This document shows, piece after piece, positions 7,606 to 15,641 of a stretch of 20,000 bases of DNA. This stretch comes from an uncultured virus (IMG/VR IMGVR_UViG_3300006213_000002) (taxonomy: Duplodnaviria > Heunggongvirae > Uroviricota > Caudoviricetes), in the IMG/VR virus record IMGVR_UViG_3300006213_000002, positions 115,235 through 135,234 of that record; one strand, 5' to 3'. The translations under genes were made by a program, and so were the position numbers. The notes beneath the pieces are model-generated. The model had not been told where the DNA came from and made no database searches. It saw nothing but the letters and a program-made list of their open reading frames with translations. Each line of letters starts with the position of its first letter. Within the stretch, counting starts at the first letter, position 1.

Positions 7606-7931
7606 GTTTTAAAATAAATAATACATTAAAAGATACCATTGATATGAAATCAGTTTATACAACTTTTATCGTATGTGATTCTCCTGATCAGTTAAAATAT
7701 TTACATAGAAAATTTATGGATCTGGTATTATCAACAGACGAATTCTTATATGCTAATAAAGATTCTATTATGACAGATGATAGACATAAATATGTATTTT
7801 GTTTTTATTCTAATTATGAAAATCTTAACCGTGGTATTGGAATGAATCAAAATAAAATTACTGGAATAATTTTTGAATCTATGATGAATTCATTTATTAA
7901 TGGAGGAAGCAAAGAATGGGCAAGTATATAA
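7602..7931 (+). CDS. Hypothetical protein
   Basis: 109 aa; ATGA overlap with the upstream gene; GAGGAGG RBS. Confidence 0.75.
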   Translation: MSFKINNTLKDTIDMKSVYTTFIVCDSPDQLKYLHRKFMDLVLSTDEFLYANKDSIMTDDRHKYVFCFYSNYENLNRGIGMNQNKITGIIFESMMNSFINGGSKEWASI

Positions 7932-8527
7932 CTGAAGATGACAAAGAAAAAATATTAATGTTATGGCCGTATAATCTCAGTAAAGTTATATTTAAAGATG
8001 ATAACCCATTAGAAATATCTTTAACAGGATTAGATTTAGCATTATCACATTTAGATGTAGATAAAATTAAATTAATTTTATTACGTTATCGAGAATACAT
8101 GACTTATGATAAGATAATGAGTATAACTGGATTAGAAGACGTAGATAAAATTAATGAAAAAATTCATATTGCTATAACAATATTAAGATCATATGCTGAT
8201 TGTATTAAAAGTAAATCAATAAAAGAATTTGAATATCCTATAAGCAAAACTAAGATACATTCAGATATATTAAATATAAATTTATCTGTTATTGATATAC
8301 ATCCTTTAGCTATATGGGAATTAAAACAAAATGGAATTGATAATATTCTTAAATTAACTAAGATGGCACCACATGAATTATGGTACACTAAATATATAGG
8401 TCAATCTAGATTTATTAAAATATTAGAATATTTAAAATCCCATGAATTGTCATTATCATGTGACGATAATGTTGAACTTAATTATCGTAAATCTTATAAG
8501 ATTTACAAACAATATTTTTCAGATTAA
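7916..8527 (+). CDS. Divergent paralog of the sigma-r4/alpha-CTD fusion protein
   Basis: KYITEDDKEKILMLWPYNL vs KYITEEELDKIFKFWPFNL; ILLRYREYMTYDKI; LKQNGIDNILKL...KYIGQSRFIKILEYLK (degenerate alpha-CTD HhH). Confidence 0.78.
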   Translation: MGKYITEDDKEKILMLWPYNLSKVIFKDDNPLEISLTGLDLALSHLDVDKIKLILLRYREYMTYDKIMSITGLEDVDKINEKIHIAITILRSYADCIKSKSIKEFEYPISKTKIHSDILNINLSVIDIHPLAIWELKQNGIDNILKLTKMAPHELWYTKYIGQSRFIKILEYLKSHELSLSCDDNVELNYRKSYKIYKQYFSD

Positions 8528-8541
8528 AAAAAATAAATATG

Positions 8542-8576
8542 AAAGGGTGGTATTATTATACCACCCTTTATTTTTT
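8542..8576. terminator. Intrinsic terminator between convergent genes
   Basis: AAAGGGTGGTAT-tatt-ATACCACCCTTT plus T-run. Confidence 0.85.
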
Positions 8577-8736
8577 ATCCATATTTATATCCAGGCTGAT
8601 TAGATTGAGCATTCAAAATTCTATTTCTAATTTCTGTATCAATAAGATCTTGACGTGCTTTTTCTTGTTGTGCTTTAACAGCTTCCTGAATTTTCTTTTC
8701 TTCTTCTGCTGTAAATTTAATTGTTGAATTAGCCAT
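8575..8736 (-). CDS. Small helical protein, 53 aa (not in ORF track)
   Basis: MANSTIKFTAEEEKKIQEAVKAQQEKARQDLIDTEIRNRILNAQSNQPGYKYG*; AGGAGGT RBS; TAATG coupling to the upstream ORF. Confidence 0.8.
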   Translation of the reverse strand: MANSTIKFTAEEEKKIQEAVKAQQEKARQDLIDTEIRNRILNAQSNQPGYKYG

Positions 8737-8924
8737 TATAAACACCTCCTTTTGTTAATCCAATTATTTCTTTTTTGATTTCTTTCTAACAAATATATTC
8801 TCTTGTTATTTTTATTAGTTTCTTCTTTAATAATATCAAGAACACTTGTTATACTACTCTGTTTAGTAACATATTCATGTAATTCTTGTGAATTTGGTAT
8901 TGTAGTTTTAACATGTTTAATCAT
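8736..8924 (-). CDS. Hypothetical protein, 62 aa
   Basis: Start revised to MIKHVK at 8924, behind an AAGGAGG RBS. Confidence 0.7.
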   Translation of the reverse strand: MIKHVKTTIPNSQELHEYVTKQSSITSVLDIIKEETNKNNKRIYLLERNQKRNNWINKRRCL

Positions 8925-8981
8925 TTTTATTTTCCTCCTTTCTTTATTATAATAAAAATATTTCTCAATGTATATTTTCAA

Positions 8982-8991
8982 AATATATAAT
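8982..8991 (-). promoter_or_regulatory. Putative phage promoter motif ATKATATATT
   Basis: ATTATATATT on the minus strand upstream of the 8924 start. Confidence 0.5.
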
Positions 8992-9068
8992 TATTTATTC
9001 ACGTATATTATAGTAACATATTTAATTTCTACCATTTAATTTAAATAATAAAAAAATGAGGTGATTAA

Positions 9069-9518
9069 ATGGATAATACTATTATTGGTTATGATACAAC
9101 ATTTGAATTGAACGAATTTAATCAACCAAGGATACGTAGTGAAATAGAAACAGTAAAAAATACTATTCTTTTTATTTTATTTGCAAAACCTGGATCATAT
9201 CCATCTATACCCTATTTAGGTATGGATATACAAAATACTCTATATTCTTTTTATGATGAATTAGATACATCTAAGATGGAAGATGATTTAATTCAACAAT
9301 GTGAAGCATTACAAGTATTTTTTAATAAAGGAGATATAGGAATAAAGAAAGTAAAATATAAAGGAAAAATACCTTCATTACTTATTCATATAGAAGGTGA
9401 AGAAACATATCCTGAAGGTTATATGAAGAATCCAATAAATAATATTAATCGTTATTTAATAGGATTAACTTATAATGAACTAAATGAAATGTTAGTGAAT
9501 ATTAATAGTGAAATATAA
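9069..9518 (+). CDS. gp25/GPW-like baseplate wedge protein
   Basis: ETVKNTILFILFAKPGSYPSIPYLGMDIQNTLY matches the gp25 family pattern (IxxILxTxxGExxxxPxFG); GAGGTGA RBS. Confidence 0.7.
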   Translation: MDNTIIGYDTTFELNEFNQPRIRSEIETVKNTILFILFAKPGSYPSIPYLGMDIQNTLYSFYDELDTSKMEDDLIQQCEALQVFFNKGDIGIKKVKYKGKIPSLLIHIEGEETYPEGYMKNPINNINRYLIGLTYNELNEMLVNINSEI

Positions 9519-9533
9519 AGGAGGTTAATTAAT

Positions 9534-10256
9534 TTGGTTACTAATAGAAAATATATAGAAAAGTTAATATATGATACATATGATGCATTAGATCCATCTG
9601 GTACTAATACTCAAAAATATAGATCTATATTAGAAAATTTATCTGATAAAGAATTTGAAAAGTTTTTTAAAGATTTTTTAAAAGACGAACATGAAAACTT
9701 TGTGTTAGATATTGTAGAGTTAGAAAGACCAATAAAAATGGAATATTGTCAAAAAGCAGCTAAAGTTGTTGGTATACCATTAATGGAATATGTATATATG
9801 CCACATCTTACTATGGATAAATCTAATGTAATAGTATCAAAAGAAAAATGTCTTGTAGGATTTATGAATATTAAAAGACCACAACAAATGGTTTATAAAA
9901 AGAATTCATTATCCATATCAGATGAAAAACGTTCGGCTACTACTGGTCAGGTTGTAGCTAAAGATAAAAATGCACGTGATAGTGATATTGAAGCTTCATT
10001 GTTAGTATCTTTAGGAGCAAATAAAATACTAGCTGAGTTTCATGGACCAAGAGCTGATGATATTATAATGAAACGACAAATGAATCAAAGTATAAAGAAT
10101 AAGGGATATGTAATATTAGATGAATTAGAGAATCTTCCTACTAACAAGGTTACTCTTAATACTGTAAATACATATTTATTATCTATGATGCTTAAGTCAG
10201 ATCTTGTATCAGATACATATATTTTACCTAAAACATCTGAAGAATTATTTACTTAA
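9534..10256 (+). CDS. Phage RNA polymerase beta subunit, C-terminal fragment
   Basis: VGFMNIKRPQQMVYKK...RSATTGQ...ARDSDIEASLLVSLGANKILAEFHGPRADD aligns by eye with RpoB VGYMYMLKLNHLVDDK...YSLVTQQ...QRFGEMEVWALEAYGA...KSDD. TTG start, AAGGAGGT RBS. Confidence 0.8.
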   Translation: MVTNRKYIEKLIYDTYDALDPSGTNTQKYRSILENLSDKEFEKFFKDFLKDEHENFVLDIVELERPIKMEYCQKAAKVVGIPLMEYVYMPHLTMDKSNVIVSKEKCLVGFMNIKRPQQMVYKKNSLSISDEKRSATTGQVVAKDKNARDSDIEASLLVSLGANKILAEFHGPRADDIIMKRQMNQSIKNKGYVILDELENLPTNKVTLNTVNTYLLSMMLKSDLVSDTYILPKTSEELFT

Positions 10257-10337
10257 TATATTTTATTTCTAATACTATATTATTAAGCTTACAATAGCGG
10301 GATAATACAAATAATATTTAAAAAGGAGATGACAAAA

Positions 10338-10835
10338 ATGGCAAGTTTAAGAATTCAGGTTCTTGGAACAGGATTAATTCCTAGAGGTTTAGGATTAGCT
10401 CCTAGAAAAGAGCCATTCCCTGCAGATTTTACATTAATTGGAACTATAATGGCTACAAATGGATTGAAGATTAATTTCTTGAATCCTACAACAAATAAGT
10501 TTGTTGAGCTTACAAATAAAAATGTAAAACAAATGTGGGATAAATATTCTGATTATGATTTTACAGGATCAAATAATGTGCCTGTAAAAGAAACAGTAAA
10601 GAAACCTGTTGTAGAAAAAACTACAACGCCTCCAGTTGTACCTGTTTCCAATGATTCTAATACTATAGAGAAAGAGAAAGAGGAAGATAAACCTGTTGTA
10701 GAGGAAGAGTCAGTTATTAAAATAGAAACTTCTGATGATAATACAGAATCTAAAGAATCTGATACCCAGGTAAATAATAATTCAATGAAACCATCATTCA
10801 ATAATGGTAATAACAAGAAAAAGAATCATAGATAA
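10338..10835 (+). CDS. Hypothetical protein with small N-terminal domain and disordered tail
   Basis: AAAGGAG RBS fits the ATG at 10338; ~70-aa globular part, then a P/T/E/K/N-rich region. Confidence 0.78.
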   Translation: MASLRIQVLGTGLIPRGLGLAPRKEPFPADFTLIGTIMATNGLKINFLNPTTNKFVELTNKNVKQMWDKYSDYDFTGSNNVPVKETVKKPVVEKTTTPPVVPVSNDSNTIEKEKEEDKPVVEEESVIKIETSDDNTESKESDTQVNNNSMKPSFNNGNNKKKNHR

Positions 10836-10838
10836 TAT

Positions 10839-10879
10839 AATGAAGAGGACATAATGTCCTCTTCATTTATTTTTATTTT
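10839..10879 (+). terminator. Intrinsic terminator
   Basis: AATGAAGAGGACAT-a-ATGTCCTCTTCATT plus T-run. Confidence 0.85.
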
Positions 10880-10880
10880 A

Positions 10881-10890
10881 ATGATATATT
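10881..10890 (+). promoter_or_regulatory. Putative phage promoter motif ATKATATATT
   Basis: ATGATATATT immediately after a terminator and upstream of the RNAP beta' gene. Confidence 0.6.
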
Positions 10891-10955
10891 TTTTAAATGT
10901 ATATAGAACAATCTATACATAAAATAAATCAAAAAATGGAGGTATAAAGAATATT

Positions 10956-13109
10956 ATGTCAGATAACGCCTATGAAGAGCTTGAAGTCTACGATTTACCT
11001 ACTATACGTACAATCGAAGATTGTGAACGTGAATTTCCTGATGTCATAATTATTTCAAGGTATGATACATATGAAAAATTTGATGAATTGTATTATAAGG
11101 TTTACTACGCATTATGCGCATGTATAGAAATAAAGGAATGCGCAGGATATCCTATAAAATTCAAATTTTATCCAGATGAAGATCATATTTATAGTTTATC
11201 TATGGCTAAATTCTTATTGAATTTAAATGCATGGAGACCATTAATAGAATTGCATAGTCTTAGTGATTATTATAAAAGACAGATAGAAGTTCTTGATGAA
11301 AGTTTCATAGTTGGTACAATGATGTCTGATTCAATGAGAATGGGTTTAGAATCAAAAGTATTAAAAGTATTAAATGATTATGGAATTGATTTTAGTAGAA
11401 CTTCTATATTGTTAAAAACAGTTATTGAGAGATATCAAGAAGCATCTATCGAGTTTGCTCTTACACGAGGTAGTAGTGTTCTAACATATGAAAGTATATT
11501 TCTTAATGACTATAGGACATCAGAAAAAATTAGAGAATTAAATAACTTAAAAATACCACAAAGTTTACAGACATCAGAAGTAGAAGATGTATTACGTGAA
11601 AAGACTAATGAACTTATTACAGAACTAGGTAGAACAAAGAATCCTATATGGTATATAAGTAAAGCTGGTAATCACATAAAACAAAAACAGGTACAGGAAT
11701 TATATATTTCATATGGTCAGATTCCAGATGTATCAGGTAATGTTATTCCTTATACAATGCAAGGTAATGGTTTTTCTACTGGCTATCTTGATCCTGCTAC
11801 ATATTATATTGCTGCAACTGGATCTAGATTATCAGCTATTATGAATAAAGCACATATGGGTGAAGCAGGTTATTTATCACGTAATTTGATATTAGCTAGT
11901 AGAACTATGACATTATCTAGAACTATGTATGATTGTGGAACAAAACATATGTTACATTTAAAAGTAACTGATAGTACATTCTTACATAGATTAGAGAATA
12001 AATGGTATTGTGAGCATTTAGGTCAGCCTTTAAGATTAATTCATTATGCAGATTGTAAACATCTTATAGGTAAAACTATATGGGTACGATCACTAATAAC
12101 ATGTGCTGGTGGAAATGAAGTATGTCATGTATGTTATGGTAATGATAGTAATCTTGTTATGAATATGCCAGGTATGGCTATATTTAATACAGAGGTGTAC
12201 TCGGAGCCTGTTGGACAAAATATTCTATCTACAAAACATTTATTATTTACAGCTGCTAATAAAATTGTATTCAGTAATTCTTTCAATAAATATTTTAAAT
12301 ATGATTCTGGTGATATATATATGAAAGAAAAAGATGAATGGGATTTAAATATATCTGCAGAAAATTTTACTATAAGAATAGAAATAGAAAATGTAATTCC
12401 TATCAATAAACAAGACTTAGCAGAATATAATACATTTGGTAATCATATTGAATCACCTTTCTATATTTATAATAAGAAAGATAATACATATGATAAAATT
12501 GAGATTATAAATTATGAATCCATGTTTATTGATGCAACATCTATGAAGAGTTTCAAAATAATTACTGATAAAAAGAATAATAAACAATATTATGAAATTC
12601 CGTTAGATGTTTTATCATCTGATCTTGAAGGTAGATTATTGTCCATTGATATTAAGAATAATGGATTAACAGATAATCTTTATATGATCATGAATATTCT
12701 TAATAAAAATGCAAATAAATATGAAACCTATGATCAATTAGCACAGGAATTCTTTGAAATACTTATTAATTCAGGAATTAGGTGCAGGCATGTGCAAGCA
12801 GAAGTTATTCTTAATAGACTTATTAGAGATGCTAATAATCTTTATAATAGACCTGACTTCTCACAATTCAAACAACCTGAATACAAGATACTTACATTGA
12901 ATCAAGCTTTATTAAATACTAAAGCTCCTACTATAGGATTTTCATATCAAGAAGTTAAAAGACAAATTTTATCAGATGCATTATATGAAGATAAAGATGG
13001 ATCATCATTCTTGGATCCTTTATATGCAGATAAAATTAGTACGGATCATTTAAGAGAGTTAGTACAAAAGATAAGTGAAAGGAGAAAAATGAGACATGCA
13101 ACAGCCTAA
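10956..13109 (+). CDS. Phage RNA polymerase beta' subunit, C-terminal part (bridge helix, Zn site, trigger loop)
   Basis: EAGYLSRNL, DCGT, VRSLITC-x6-CHVCYG, SEPVGQNILSTKH, HVQAEVILNRL. No NADFDGD, as expected for the split beta' of phiKZ/AR9-like phages. Confidence 0.92.
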   Translation: MSDNAYEELEVYDLPTIRTIEDCEREFPDVIIISRYDTYEKFDELYYKVYYALCACIEIKECAGYPIKFKFYPDEDHIYSLSMAKFLLNLNAWRPLIELHSLSDYYKRQIEVLDESFIVGTMMSDSMRMGLESKVLKVLNDYGIDFSRTSILLKTVIERYQEASIEFALTRGSSVLTYESIFLNDYRTSEKIRELNNLKIPQSLQTSEVEDVLREKTNELITELGRTKNPIWYISKAGNHIKQKQVQELYISYGQIPDVSGNVIPYTMQGNGFSTGYLDPATYYIAATGSRLSAIMNKAHMGEAGYLSRNLILASRTMTLSRTMYDCGTKHMLHLKVTDSTFLHRLENKWYCEHLGQPLRLIHYADCKHLIGKTIWVRSLITCAGGNEVCHVCYGNDSNLVMNMPGMAIFNTEVYSEPVGQNILSTKHLLFTAANKIVFSNSFNKYFKYDSGDIYMKEKDEWDLNISAENFTIRIEIENVIPINKQDLAEYNTFGNHIESPFYIYNKKDNTYDKIEIINYESMFIDATSMKSFKIITDKKNNKQYYEIPLDVLSSDLEGRLLSIDIKNNGLTDNLYMIMNILNKNANKYETYDQLAQEFFEILINSGIRCRHVQAEVILNRLIRDANNLYNRPDFSQFKQPEYKILTLNQALLNTKAPTIGFSYQEVKRQILSDALYEDKDGSSFLDPLYADKISTDHLRELVQKISERRKMRHATA

Positions 13110-13587
13110 ATGTAATTATGAAAATGCAATTAATGCATTGAATGAAATGAATCAAAGTATCGAAAAGCAAATGAAGGAATCAGAAGATGTAAAAAATGGT
13201 ACTATGACATTAGATGAAAAACTCGATCAAGAAGGTTATACTTTATTTAAAATGATAACCGAAGATATCGAAAAAATGATGAATGAAAAAGTAGTACAAG
13301 ATGTATTTGAAATTATTAAAAATTCTACTGATAAACAAATGGCAGATGCTGTTTGTAGTTTAATGATGACATTAATGGCATTTTCTTCTCATGATGCAGT
13401 TAGTAGATATGATGAGATGATTACAGAAAAATTAAATCATCAATTTGATATCATTAATAACAATATGTTGATGTTGAAGAGTTCTATAGAAGCTCATGAT
13501 GCAGTATTAAAAGTACAGAAGAAAAAGATTGATGATCTTGAAATGAAATCAAAGAAAATTCCTGAAAGTAAATTCTTTAATAATTAA
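13096..13587 (+). CDS. Hypothetical coiled-coil protein
   Basis: 163 aa; overlaps the RNAP gene end; AAAGGAG RBS. Confidence 0.75.
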   Translation: MQQPKCNYENAINALNEMNQSIEKQMKESEDVKNGTMTLDEKLDQEGYTLFKMITEDIEKMMNEKVVQDVFEIIKNSTDKQMADAVCSLMMTLMAFSSHDAVSRYDEMITEKLNHQFDIINNNMLMLKSSIEAHDAVLKVQKKKIDDLEMKSKKIPESKFFNN

Positions 13588-13589
13588 TT

Positions 13590-13624
13590 TAGGAAGGGGA
13601 TTAATCCCCTTCCTATTATTTTTT
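13590..13624 (+). terminator. Intrinsic terminator
   Basis: Perfect 26-bp palindrome TAGGAAGGGGATT|AATCCCCTTCCTA plus T-run. Confidence 0.85.
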
Positions 13625-13634
13625 ATGATATATT
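13625..13634 (+). promoter_or_regulatory. Putative phage promoter motif ATKATATATT
   Basis: ATGATATATT between the terminator and the RBS. Confidence 0.6.
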
Positions 13635-13659
13635 CTCTATATAGAAAGGAGATGGATAT

Positions 13660-14376
13660 ATGGGTTATAATCCAAAAAAATCTGTATGGTTAAATCCTGA
13701 TATAGAATACATATTTGGTGATGAAATTATTGAATATGATATCAGAGATGCAGGGTTTAATTTGATACGACAATATAAATTATTACCTGAAGAAAAAATA
13801 AAAGAATTATTATATATGGAAAAAATGGAAAGGCATATTACTATAGGTAAGATACAAGGAGCAGATAAAGATTTTTCTGATGTATTGATGAATAAATTTG
13901 CAGAAATCAGATCTATATTTATTAATACAAATAAAATCCGTGATAATGATATTATTAGTGTTAAAAAAGATGCTCTATTTATTATCGGTGAACAACAACG
14001 AACAAAATTTGGAATGGTTGAGTTTCGAGATAAGAATAGATATTCTTCATATATTAGATTTCCAAATATAAGAGATTTAGAAATTTATTATGGAGAAGAT
14101 AATTTTGATATAAAAGGTATGGGTGATTCTGCAATATCAAGGCATAGACTTTATATGATAGAATTTTTAAGAAATATAATTTCTATGTTGGAAAATAGTG
14201 ATATTCGAATTAAGAGATATTTAAAAAAGTTTATTGATAATTATAAATTCCATAATCTGGATGAAGAATATTATTTAGAATTTAATAGTAAATCTACAGA
14301 TATCAATTATTTATTTAATTATCAAAATATAATATTACCGATAACCCAAATTGTTATAAAACTTATAGGTGAATAA
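13660..14376 (+). CDS. Small family-B DNA polymerase palm-like protein
   Basis: IIEYDIRDAGFNLI (motif A-like), IISVKKDALFII (motif C-like), FDIKGM (thumb KG-like). Confidence 0.55.
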   Translation: MGYNPKKSVWLNPDIEYIFGDEIIEYDIRDAGFNLIRQYKLLPEEKIKELLYMEKMERHITIGKIQGADKDFSDVLMNKFAEIRSIFINTNKIRDNDIISVKKDALFIIGEQQRTKFGMVEFRDKNRYSSYIRFPNIRDLEIYYGEDNFDIKGMGDSAISRHRLYMIEFLRNIISMLENSDIRIKRYLKKFIDNYKFHNLDEEYYLEFNSKSTDINYLFNYQNIILPITQIVIKLIGE

Positions 14377-14377
14377 T

Positions 14378-15049
14378 ATGGATAAATATTATTTAGTATA
14401 TCGTATATATACTAAAAAAGAGAGGCCTAATGTAAAAGATAGATCTATATTTTATGGATGGTCAAAAAATAAATCTATAATAAATGCATTTATGAATCAA
14501 CGAACAAAATCGAAATATATGAGTATAAAACTATATAGTGATGACCCAAGATTAGAAAATATGAGGTCAGATTATATAGATGAACATCATATGATTGATT
14601 TTGTTATATTACATTCATCAGCAGATCCTTTAATAAATATAAAATTCTTTACTACTACAAATGAAATGATGAATACGGAAATACAGATTCAAAGATTATT
14701 TCATGAAAGTAGTTCATTAAGTAATATTGATCCTGATGAGATAAGTGTATACGTAAATATGATGTTGAATTTAAAGGATAAATATTTTGATGCATTAGAT
14801 TTTATAGGTTTTAGACCACAAGAGATAGATCAATTATATGATTCATCAGATGAAAAAGATAACTTTAATAATTTAGAGGATATAGAAAATCAGATTACAG
14901 AAGCATATGAAGATTCAATGTATCAATGTAGCGAAGGTATAATAAAAGGATATAGAGAACCTTTTGGTAGTAATGTAATAGATGATATAGCTAGTAAAGT
15001 TATTTATTCAATAGAATCTTTTGTTAAAGTATTAAAAGATGATTTATAA
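14378..15049 (+). CDS. Hypothetical protein (paralog of next gene)
   Basis: AGGTGA RBS favours the ATG at 14378; shares motifs with 15061-15597. Confidence 0.78.
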   Translation: MDKYYLVYRIYTKKERPNVKDRSIFYGWSKNKSIINAFMNQRTKSKYMSIKLYSDDPRLENMRSDYIDEHHMIDFVILHSSADPLINIKFFTTTNEMMNTEIQIQRLFHESSSLSNIDPDEISVYVNMMLNLKDKYFDALDFIGFRPQEIDQLYDSSDEKDNFNNLEDIENQITEAYEDSMYQCSEGIIKGYREPFGSNVIDDIASKVIYSIESFVKVLKDDL

Positions 15050-15060
15050 GGAGAATTGCC

Positions 15061-15597
15061 ATGAAAAAATATGAACCTGGAGATGAAGCAACATTTTATT
15101 TCATTTCCATAAAAGATGATGAATTATCAGAAAGAAGAATACATGCATGGACTGATAGCAAAAATATGTTAGATCAATATTTATCTTTTCATAAATGTAA
15201 TAATATGAAGAAACATATTATTACTAAACGAATTGAAGAGATAATGAAATTTGTTGAAGAAAATCTACATGATGAAATTGAAGTCTATAATATTAGATAT
15301 AAAGATCCTGATAAAAAGAGAAAATGTAAAACAATAACTATACCGGCAACTGGTACAGAGATGCAATTTGTATCAGAAGAATGTAATACATTTATGTCAT
15401 CGGTAATTAATTATAATTATTTGCAATCTGCAATGCCATATTTAAAAAATAAATATCAAAAAGCATTAAATATGATATTAACTCATGAAGTATCAAGATC
15501 AATATGTGGTGGAAAAACTTCTGAGAGATTACAAGAAATAGAAATGGATCAATTATTAGTATTTATTAAGTTACTACCTGATTTATTTGGTAAATAA
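15061..15597 (+). CDS. Hypothetical protein (paralog of previous gene)
   Basis: AAGGAG RBS; AWTDSK/GWSKNK, LKNKYQKALNMI/LKDKYFDALDFI. Confidence 0.78.
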   Translation: MKKYEPGDEATFYFISIKDDELSERRIHAWTDSKNMLDQYLSFHKCNNMKKHIITKRIEEIMKFVEENLHDEIEVYNIRYKDPDKKRKCKTITIPATGTEMQFVSEECNTFMSSVINYNYLQSAMPYLKNKYQKALNMILTHEVSRSICGGKTSERLQEIEMDQLLVFIKLLPDLFGK

Positions 15598-15599
15598 TA

Positions 15600-15609
15600 A
15601 TTATATATT
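15600..15609 (+). promoter_or_regulatory. Putative phage promoter motif ATKATATATT
   Basis: ATTATATATT in the 44-nt gap before the kinase gene. Confidence 0.55.
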
Positions 15610-15641
15610 CTTATTATAGATAAGAAGGGAGGTTTATATAC

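Noticed and set aside
8539..8727. 62-aa hydrophobic + strand ORF (possible holin or toxin)
   Set aside because: It starts on a terminator, has no RBS, and is antisense to the RBS-supported 53-aa ORF.
10553..12406. Minus-strand ORFs 10553-10816 and 12134-12406
   Set aside because: Antisense shadows.
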